DNA of 64,000 nt from Candidatus Yonathbacteria bacterium RIFCSPLOWO2_01_FULL_47_33b. GTDB taxonomy: Bacteria > Patescibacteriota > Minisyncoccia > Phycocordibacterales > UBA1550. The notes below the pieces were generated by a model. The model had not been told where the DNA came from. It did not search any database and saw only the letters and a program-made list of their open reading frames with translations. Of the stretch, positions 56,671 through 64,000 are shown piece by piece; the first letter of the stretch is position 1; every line of letters begins with the position of its first letter. The translations under genes and the position numbers were made by a program. The stretch is from positions 12,909 to 76,908 of the forward strand of contig MHUW01000001.1 in the NCBI GenBank assembly GCA_001823575.1, in the 5' to 3' direction.

Positions 56671-56838
56671 CTGGGTTTTAAGTGTTTACCCACTTACGAA
56701 TTAGTAAATTCTGAACCTGCTTGTGTTTATGTCCGAGACACGAACCAGCTGATTCAGAACCTGGAACCGCGGAGATATATGGGTACATATATAGATTACT
56801 ATATATCGCCAGCACTCGTTCGTTTTTGCTAAACAGTG

Positions 56839-56912
56839 TGCGCCCACTTGGACTTGAACCAAGGACCGCGGAGATATAAGCTCCGTGCTCTAACCAACTG
56901 AGCTATGGGCGC
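56839..56912 (-). tRNA. tRNA-Ile(UAU)
   Basis: GCGCCCATAGCTCAGTTGGTTAGAGCA-CGGAG-CT-TAT-AT-CTCCG-CGGTC-CTTGGTTCAAGTCCAAG-TGGGCGC-A; CCA not encoded. Confidence 0.9.
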
Positions 56913-57228
56913 ACACTATTTATCAATCTCTCCCTCATTTGAAACTATATGGGTACATATAATGACGGCACTCGGACATTATAAAAGAGATTACTCTTTT
57001 ATATGCTCCTCGTTTGTCATTATAAGCTCCGTGATCGAATCAGCTGGTTCGTGGCTTGGCCATAAACTTTACCAAAATCACCTACGGGCAAAGCACCAAC
57101 TGACCCGCGAGGCGAATTTACTAATTCGGCTCCGTGCGGACGCTATCTTTTAATCAGCAAAGCCTTGCTAGCCATAGTATAGCAAACTGTATATACTCGC
57201 AAGTCGGGTTCATGATACAATAAAAGCA

Positions 57229-58845
57229 ATGAAAAAAATAGCGATTGGGTTCGGCGTACTTACTGGATTTTTAGCTTTTACGGCTGTTGCGTTTGCCCAA
57301 ACCTACACCCCCCTTGCACCACTCCCCATAGGAGAAGGAGGAACCACTCCCGACACCTACACACTCTCGAGCTATTTGGTCGGTGCTATTAAGCTTCTTG
57401 TTGCCGCAGGTGGTGCTATTGCGGTCCTCATGCTTATCATTAGAGGTACTCAGTACGTAGCTGCTGGTATTAACCCTAGTGCAAAAAGTGACGCAAAGGA
57501 GCGCATTATGGGTGCCCTTATCGGTCTTACGTTGGTGCTTACCTCATACCTCATCCTTAATTCAATTGACCCCCGTTTGGTAGAGTTCAACCTTACGTTG
57601 CCACCGGTGGGGCAGAGTCCTGCAGCTGCCGCCACTCCCGTTGCACCAACACCAAGCGCACCAGCACCTGTTTTAAATAACGGAGGAACAAACCCAAGTG
57701 CGCAGCCAGTAGCTCCTGCTGCTGCCGCACCTGTCACCATAACGTCGCCGACGACCGCAGTTACACCATTGCAGAATATTATTAATGCGCGTATAAATCG
57801 CAGTAATGATTATTCGGTCATATCAAACTGTATGGGAAATACTACGTATGACCTTTGTGTAAAGACCGATTTGAATGGTGATGGTCAGACAAACCTCTCA
57901 GACATAGTGCTGTTCACTCAGAAAGGCAACCTCTTTGACGTAAATCAAAACAGAGTCATTGAATTGGCAAATACTACGGCAGCAGCGTCATGCTTCTTTA
58001 AGATGCCAGGTGCAAATGTTCATGCGATGCTCCCTCGCGAAAACTGGAATCAGTCATGGTCAGACGGTGGGTCCAGTGCTTGGTACATTTCTGGGTATTC
58101 ATGTGGCGGTAGCGGGGGTATCACCGGGATGCCGACGGTTGCTTGCAGCGGTGCTACGTGGATCAAGGCGCCAGCACTCATGAACAAATGCGCGATAACT
58201 AATGGGTACATGAATATGCCGTTTGGTTTCGTCTATGGAGGAGGCAGTCAGTTTAGTAAATTCCAAAACTGGGTAACCAGCTCCTCAGTAGGAAGTGCTG
58301 TTGATTTAAGAACGTTGTTTAAGGCAACATTCTTTAGGCCGATAGCGTCTGGGGACGGAATACCACAGGATGAATATTTTGAGACCGATGACGGCAAGCT
58401 TACCTACGCAACGATTGCAGAATATGATTTAAATAATGATGGCACTGCCGATTTCAATGCAAGCGGTGCCGACATGACAGCGTTTAGTGCTTGCCAGGGA
58501 GGTTCCGCATCGGGTGCATGTGCTCGAGCAGACTTTAATCAAGATGGAACGATTGACGCTCGCGACCTCAATCTCGTGAAGCTTATGAGGAATGACGTTT
58601 TTGGCGGATCAGGTTTTACTCCCCTTGGGTGGATCCTTAACTGGTTTGAGTCGGCGTTCTTTGATCCGGCCGGCTACTCAGATACGCAGATTATTTCATA
58701 TTGTATCGGTCACGCGGCGTTTGAGAGATGTGGATATGCTGATGTAAACGGCGACCACAAGATAGATAATGCAGACCTCACTGCCTTTAACACGGGCGCA
58801 CCACTTCTTGATTTCAATAGTGACGGGAAAGTAGACTTGAGATAA
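57229..58845 (+). CDS. VirB2/TrbC-like pilin domain fused to dockerin-like Ca-binding repeats
   Basis: G..Y.......AK..I..ALIGL......YLILNSIDP; Pro/Ala linker; six D.N.DG-type repeats. Confidence 0.72.
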   Translation: MKKIAIGFGVLTGFLAFTAVAFAQTYTPLAPLPIGEGGTTPDTYTLSSYLVGAIKLLVAAGGAIAVLMLIIRGTQYVAAGINPSAKSDAKERIMGALIGLTLVLTSYLILNSIDPRLVEFNLTLPPVGQSPAAAATPVAPTPSAPAPVLNNGGTNPSAQPVAPAAAAPVTITSPTTAVTPLQNIINARINRSNDYSVISNCMGNTTYDLCVKTDLNGDGQTNLSDIVLFTQKGNLFDVNQNRVIELANTTAAASCFFKMPGANVHAMLPRENWNQSWSDGGSSAWYISGYSCGGSGGITGMPTVACSGATWIKAPALMNKCAITNGYMNMPFGFVYGGGSQFSKFQNWVTSSSVGSAVDLRTLFKATFFRPIASGDGIPQDEYFETDDGKLTYATIAEYDLNNDGTADFNASGADMTAFSACQGGSASGACARADFNQDGTIDARDLNLVKLMRNDVFGGSGFTPLGWILNWFESAFFDPAGYSDTQIISYCIGHAAFERCGYADVNGDHKIDNADLTAFNTGAPLLDFNSDGKVDLR

Positions 58846-58851
58846 AAGTTT

Positions 58852-61026
58852 CTACTCCCAGTGCGTGTCGCGGTGTGACGCCTCGATGCGGGCGCGGAGG
58901 AGTGGGTGTTTTGTAAGGTCGGGATCGATGGTGATGATATTGCTTGCCTCGGTGCGTGCTGCTTCGACCATTTTGATATTTTTGATTGCTTCCATACCAA
59001 GGTCTGAAATACCCCACTGTTTTCCACCGCCGAGCTCACCTGAACCGCGGAGCATGAGGTCGAGCTCGGCAAGCTCAAAACCGTTCTTTGAGGACACGAG
59101 CGCTTTCAGGCGTTTGATGGAAGTTTCGTTGTCGGTACTGGCAAAGAGGTAGCAGTAGGGCTGGTGCGTACTGCGCAGTACGCGTCCACGGAGCTGGTGA
59201 AGCTGTGCGAGGCCAAAGCGCTCGGCGCCCTCGATGACAATCATGGTGGCGTTGGGGACATTGACACCCACCTCGACGACCGAAGTGGCGACGAGAATGT
59301 GAATAGTCCCTTTGGTAAATTCTGCCATCACCCATTCTTTTTCTGAAGGCTTCATTTTTCCGTGGAGTACCCCCACTTCAAACTCGGGGAAAACATTGGT
59401 GGCGATACGTTCCGCTTCTGCAGTGACGGACTTTACATTGAGAGCAAGAGCTTTTTCGGGATCCGGTTCGTCAATGCGTGGGCAGATAACATAGGCTTGG
59501 CGGCCACGTCTGAGCTCTGTGCGAATTTCCTCCTCCATTTTTTTGCGGGCACTAGGGGTGATGAGTTCTGTTTTAACAGGGAGGCGACCACGAGGCATCT
59601 CGTCAATGACGGTGAGGTCTAGGTTGCCATAAATGGTGAGCGCGAGCGTGCGGGGGATTGGTGTTGCGGTCATCGAGAGAAAATGAGGGAGCACAGTATC
59701 TTTTTTAGTGAGCTTCCCGCGTTGCCTGGTACCAAAGCGATGTTGCTCGTCCACGATAGCAAGGGCGAGATTTTTGAACTGCACGCTTTTTTCAATGAGT
59801 GCATGCGTGCCGATGAGAATGGGAATAGTTCCGTCAGCAACCCACTTGAGGAGCTGGGGTTTTGAAATAGCAGTAGCCCCCGCTGGATCTACTTTGGAAG
59901 GGAATTTTTTTGCACCAGAGCCCGTAAGGAGGCCAATTTGAATGGGAAGATCCTTGAAGTATTCAATAAAACTTTTGAAATGCTGTTCAGCAAGGATTTC
60001 AGTCGGTGCCATATAAGCGACCTGAAGGTTGCCGTGCTTGTTGTCGCGCGGGGCAGTGGCGACGACCGCGTATGCAGCGGTCGCGGCAACAAATGTTTTT
60101 CCTGAACCCACATCACCCTCAAGGAGTCGTGCCATAGGCGTCCCTTTTTTAAGGTCTGCAAAAATACTTTCGAGCGCGCTTGATTGTGAATCTGTTGGAG
60201 TGAAAGGGAAGCGGTCAATAAAGCGTAAGAGGGCTACCGAGTCAGGAATAATAGTAAACGCATCATGGGACTCAAACGCTACACGGTCTCGCTGTCGTGC
60301 AAGCTGAATCATAAAAACTTCTTCAAACGCAAAACGCTTGCGCGCAGCTTGGGCGTCGCCTTCTTTTTGTGGCGTGTGAATCCACACAAGTGCGGTACGA
60401 AGGGAGGGGAGATGGTAGCAGGTAAGAATCTCCTCAGAGATTGGGTCAACCACCTGACCAAGCACACCCATTGAGAAAACTTTTTGAATATGGTGATAGA
60501 GAAAACGCGAAGTGATACCTTTTGTTTCGGGGTACACAGGATAGAAAAAAGCAGCGGCATCAGCGCCAAAGAGCGAGTGTCCTGCATCGATAGGAAGCTC
60601 TTTTGTTTTTTCAAGTTCAGGATTTGCAAGATAGAGCACCCCCTTACGGTCTTCAACGCGTCCTGCAAGTTTGACCATCGTATCGGGTTCGAGTTGTTTT
60701 GCAATGTAGGCCTGGTGGAACCATATAGCTTTTATTTTTCCCGTGCCGTCTTCAATAACTGCCTCAGTCATCGGAATCTTTGAGTGAAACCCTTTTGCTG
60801 TTTTTGCAGAGACGACGCGACCATAGACGATAGTGTTTTCTCCTGCAGTAAGGTCGCGAATGAGTTTTACTTCTGCAATGTTGCTGTAGCGTGTAGGGAA
60901 ATAGTAGAGTAGGTCATTTACGGTCGCGATGCCAAGTTTCGTGAGCCCAACTTTCTGTGTTGGCGTAAGGCGAAAAATATCCGCAAGCGAGGTAGAGGGG
61001 GTGACGGTGATTATTTTTGCAGGCAT
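58852..61026 (-). CDS. recG: ATP-dependent DNA helicase RecG
   Basis: LEGDVGSGKT, MAPTEILA.QH, DEQHRFG, MTATPIPRTL, QLHQLRGRV. Confidence 0.97.
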   Translation of the reverse strand: MPAKIITVTPSTSLADIFRLTPTQKVGLTKLGIATVNDLLYYFPTRYSNIAEVKLIRDLTAGENTIVYGRVVSAKTAKGFHSKIPMTEAVIEDGTGKIKAIWFHQAYIAKQLEPDTMVKLAGRVEDRKGVLYLANPELEKTKELPIDAGHSLFGADAAAFFYPVYPETKGITSRFLYHHIQKVFSMGVLGQVVDPISEEILTCYHLPSLRTALVWIHTPQKEGDAQAARKRFAFEEVFMIQLARQRDRVAFESHDAFTIIPDSVALLRFIDRFPFTPTDSQSSALESIFADLKKGTPMARLLEGDVGSGKTFVAATAAYAVVATAPRDNKHGNLQVAYMAPTEILAEQHFKSFIEYFKDLPIQIGLLTGSGAKKFPSKVDPAGATAISKPQLLKWVADGTIPILIGTHALIEKSVQFKNLALAIVDEQHRFGTRQRGKLTKKDTVLPHFLSMTATPIPRTLALTIYGNLDLTVIDEMPRGRLPVKTELITPSARKKMEEEIRTELRRGRQAYVICPRIDEPDPEKALALNVKSVTAEAERIATNVFPEFEVGVLHGKMKPSEKEWVMAEFTKGTIHILVATSVVEVGVNVPNATMIVIEGAERFGLAQLHQLRGRVLRSTHQPYCYLFASTDNETSIKRLKALVSSKNGFELAELDLMLRGSGELGGGKQWGISDLGMEAIKNIKMVEAARTEASNIITIDPDLTKHPLLRARIEASHRDTHWE

Positions 61027-61059
61027 GGTATACCGATTTTACCACGTTCCCGTTATTTT

Positions 61060-63081
61060 TTACTTTGACGCGCCAATCTCCTTGAGAAACGCCTTGTTTG
61101 AGGGTTTGCGACCGAGGAAACCTTTTACGAGTTCGATGTCTTCGATGCTGCCACCTTTTTCAAGAATCCATGTTCTATAATCGGCGCCTACTTTTTTACT
61201 CATTACTCCTTCTTTTTTGAAGCGTGTGAACATATCGGCAGCGTAGACGTTGGACCACATATAGCCGTAGTACCCGGCATCATAGCCGTCGAGGTGTCCA
61301 AAGCCTGCGGGGAAGAGAGAATCTTTTGGCATAATAATCCCTGCGTGTTTTTTCACGAGGTCGCGGTAGAGCCTGTTGGGTTCCGGAGGGTTTTTCTTAG
61401 TATGAAGGGTGAGGTCAAAGATTCCAAGAATGAGCTGGCGAAGGGTTGCGTAGCGGAGGAGGTGGCGCTTGCTTTCGAGGAGGTTATTCAAGAGTGATGC
61501 AGGGAGTGCTTTGCTGGTCTCGTGATGTGCCGAGAGGAGTGCGAGTGGTTTCTTTCCCCATGCCCAATGTTCAAGCATTTGTGATGGCGCTTCAACGAAG
61601 TCCCACGACGTATGGTAGCCAGACTGAGATGAGTGACGTGCGGTTGTGAGGACGCAATGCATAATGTGACCAAACTCGTGAAGGAATGTTTCGACTTCGC
61701 TGTGCGAGAGGAGAGACGGGTGTGTAGAGGAAGGTTTTGTAAAATTGGTGACCATCGTTGCAAACGGCGCAATATAATCATCCCCCAGGAATTCCGTGCT
61801 GCGTCCTCCGATAATGCCAAACGCCGCAGCGTGGCCGTACTTTCCTTCGCGTGGATAGAGGTCGAGGGCGAAATAGGAGAGGACTTCACCTTTGGGTGTT
61901 TTAACTGCGTAGAGTTTTGCGTCAGGGTGCCAGAGAGAGAACCCTTTGAGCTCTTCAAACGTCACACCAAAGAGGGTGCTGTAGATTTTGAACGTACCCT
62001 CAAGGACACGCGCGACAGGGAAGTACGCACGCACCTCTTCGCTGTCAAAGTGGAAGCGGCGCTTTTGTAGCTCATTTCCATAGTAGGCGATATCGTAAAA
62101 GTGAAGTACCGCTTTCTTGTTTCCTGTCATTTCGCATTTGAGCGCGCGAAGTTCCTCGAGGTCTGCTTTGCCGCCTTTCTCGACTTTTTTGAGGAGGTCT
62201 AGAGAAAACGCGAGGGCGGCGTCTCCTGACTTTGCCATACGAAGCTCGGTTTGGTAGTCGGCGTGGGTCTTGTACCCCAAGAGTGCCGCATGCTCCGCAC
62301 GAATAGCGAGCATTTCTTCAAGAACCTTCATATTTTTTGCACCACCACGCTTCAAAAACTTCTCTGCAAGTTCTTTACGTTTTGCTTCACTCTGCGCGAG
62401 CTCCATAAAAGGGTGATAGTCAGGATAGGCGAGCGTGACGATGTAGCGACCTTGCTTGTCTTTCTTTAATCCCTGCTTGTATCGCTCGGGAAGACCAATC
62501 ATTTCTTCCTCAGTCGCTACAATATGGTCCTCGTGCGCATTGATGTTGTGGCGGAACTCATTGGAAAGTTTTGCAAGGCGTTGTTCAAGGGCTTTGAGAT
62601 GTTTTTGTTTCATAGGAGGTAAATCAAACCCCATGCGTTTGTATTCGAGAAACATATCCCGGAAAAGTTTTTGGTCTTCAGCCTCAAGGTATTTGCGCTC
62701 CTCGCGCCATGAGCCCACCTCATAATCTTTGAGTGCAGCCCAGACTTTTGGGTCGTGCTCAACAGTAATCATCTGCTTTTCGATGGTCTCAATAGTTTGT
62801 TTTGCGGTGTCACGAATCTTTTTGTCGGGAGAAACATTTTGCAAAAGATCAATCTTCAAAATTGTTTCCGTGAGTCCATGGTCAGATGCCTCGAGGGCGT
62901 ACACCGTGTTCTCAAAGGTGCGCTCCTCAGGATTTATTTTCTTGATAACCGCAAGGCGTGCTTTTTTCTCAGCAAGAATCTCAGGTGCAAGTTTTTTAAT
63001 ATCGGCGACAGTCCACGCTGTCCATGCAAAATCTTTTGGGGTGTACGTTGTTCTGTTCATAGGGGTACTATACCCGAACAC
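61060..63081 (-). CDS. M3A oligopeptidase (thimet oligopeptidase-like)
   Basis: DLYPREGKYGHAA, HEFGH, DFVEAPSQMLE, YYGYMWS. Confidence 0.93.
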   Translation of the reverse strand: MFGYSTPMNRTTYTPKDFAWTAWTVADIKKLAPEILAEKKARLAVIKKINPEERTFENTVYALEASDHGLTETILKIDLLQNVSPDKKIRDTAKQTIETIEKQMITVEHDPKVWAALKDYEVGSWREERKYLEAEDQKLFRDMFLEYKRMGFDLPPMKQKHLKALEQRLAKLSNEFRHNINAHEDHIVATEEEMIGLPERYKQGLKKDKQGRYIVTLAYPDYHPFMELAQSEAKRKELAEKFLKRGGAKNMKVLEEMLAIRAEHAALLGYKTHADYQTELRMAKSGDAALAFSLDLLKKVEKGGKADLEELRALKCEMTGNKKAVLHFYDIAYYGNELQKRRFHFDSEEVRAYFPVARVLEGTFKIYSTLFGVTFEELKGFSLWHPDAKLYAVKTPKGEVLSYFALDLYPREGKYGHAAAFGIIGGRSTEFLGDDYIAPFATMVTNFTKPSSTHPSLLSHSEVETFLHEFGHIMHCVLTTARHSSQSGYHTSWDFVEAPSQMLEHWAWGKKPLALLSAHHETSKALPASLLNNLLESKRHLLRYATLRQLILGIFDLTLHTKKNPPEPNRLYRDLVKKHAGIIMPKDSLFPAGFGHLDGYDAGYYGYMWSNVYAADMFTRFKKEGVMSKKVGADYRTWILEKGGSIEDIELVKGFLGRKPSNKAFLKEIGASK

Positions 63082-63092
63082 TTTCTAAAAAT

Positions 63093-63665
63093 CTACACGG
63101 CGCGATATACGACGAGCGAAATGAGCGCAAAAAGGATAGCGGTACAAAAAAGATAAAGGGCAGCCGTAAGGAGAAGAGGAAAAGGCCATAGGGTGTAAAG
63201 AAGAAGTGAAACAACTCCCAGTGATTGTGTAATCATCTTGAACTTACCAGAATTCTCGGCTTGGATGATCGTGCCGTAGTAGTGGTTGCGGACATACGCA
63301 CTCGTAATCAGAATGAGGTCTATCAAAACCATTGCATAGACAAGTTCCCAGTTAAGGTAGCGAGGAACGATGATAATGACGGCTGTCGCAACGAGGAGTT
63401 TGTCGGCAAGGGGGTCAAACATTTTCCCAAAATCAGATACAAGCTCGCGCGTGCGTGCCAGAGACCCGTCAACCGCGTCAGAAAAAGCAGAGAGCATAAA
63501 AAGAGGGAGGGCGATAGGGTAGTTTTCAATCCAGAAAAAGTAGCCAATAAACGGTACGCTCGCAAAACGCATCCATGAGATGATGTTGGGGGTCACCCAC
63601 TCTGGGATAAGTTTAAGCAGGGTCTTCGCCAGGATTTTGTCAGTGAGGGTGAGTTTGTGGGGCAT
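63093..63665 (-). CDS. pgsA: CDP-alcohol phosphatidyltransferase (PgsA-like)
   Basis: PN.IS..R, D..DG..AR......G..FDP.ADK. Confidence 0.88.
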   Translation of the reverse strand: MPHKLTLTDKILAKTLLKLIPEWVTPNIISWMRFASVPFIGYFFWIENYPIALPLFMLSAFSDAVDGSLARTRELVSDFGKMFDPLADKLLVATAVIIIVPRYLNWELVYAMVLIDLILITSAYVRNHYYGTIIQAENSGKFKMITQSLGVVSLLLYTLWPFPLLLTAALYLFCTAILFALISLVVYRAV

Positions 63666-63733
63666 GAAGACTATTATATGGTATTTATAAAATAAATGCT
63701 TGCGTTTTTGTCACGCTTTGATACCATGGAGGT

Positions 63734-64000
63734 ATGGCTGAGTCGGTTATTTCTCAAAGAGTTTTCTTTCCAAAAGGTGAACAAAAAAAGTTCATCAAGA
63801 ATGTTCAAAGTACGCTTTCTCTCGACAGTAAAGCACTTGCCGAACTCGCAGGGAAGAGTGCAAGGACCCTCGCTGACTGGAAGAGAGAAAAGTTCTCAAT
63901 GCCACTCAGTGCTGCGGAGTTTCTTTCAGAGAAATCTGGGATACCTCTTCACGCTAACGTTAAAATCAAAGAAGCGTACTGGTACACATCTCTTGGTTCG
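63734..64000 (+). CDS. Partial ORF with HTH-like segment, runs off the window
   Basis: MAESVISQRVFFPKGEQKKF...LAELAGKSARTLADWKREK open to the window end. Confidence 0.55.
   Translation, partial: MAESVISQRVFFPKGEQKKFIKNVQSTLSLDSKALAELAGKSARTLADWKREKFSMPLSAAEFLSEKSGIPLHANVKIKEAYWYTSLGS

Overview
Bacterial chromosomal window that looks like Patescibacteria (CPR), probably Parcubacteria. This is inferred from the absence of rpmD/L30 between rpsE and rplO, many apparently leaderless genes, a tRNA-Ile(UAU), a split comEC, VirB2-like pilins and a solo PaaX/Cas2-like gene. The core content is the str-S10-spc ribosomal cluster (rpsL to secY-adk-map, interrupted by three accessory inserts), rpmB, infC-rpmI-rplT, ndk, smpB, tmRNA, ftsH, recG, an M3 peptidase and a pgsA-like gene. 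Main unusual signals: (1) a family of 40-58 bp near-perfect palindromes centred on GTAGTCATGACTAC, two of which bracket a wHTH/Cas2-like gene, with others beside comEC and secreted-protein cassettes; (2) further 58-62 bp perfect palindromes centred on TACTATAGTA; (3) a ~7.8 kb island in the tmRNA 3' end whose serine recombinase gene appears split by its own att site, carrying a TerS-like gene, an XRE/ImmA + PIN pair and two aberrant tRNA-like genes; (4) structured repeats containing tmRNA or tRNA fragments; (5) candidate unannotated ncRNAs, one 6S-like and one convergent with a putative nuclease gene. All assignments come from reading the sequence by eye; no database searches were run.
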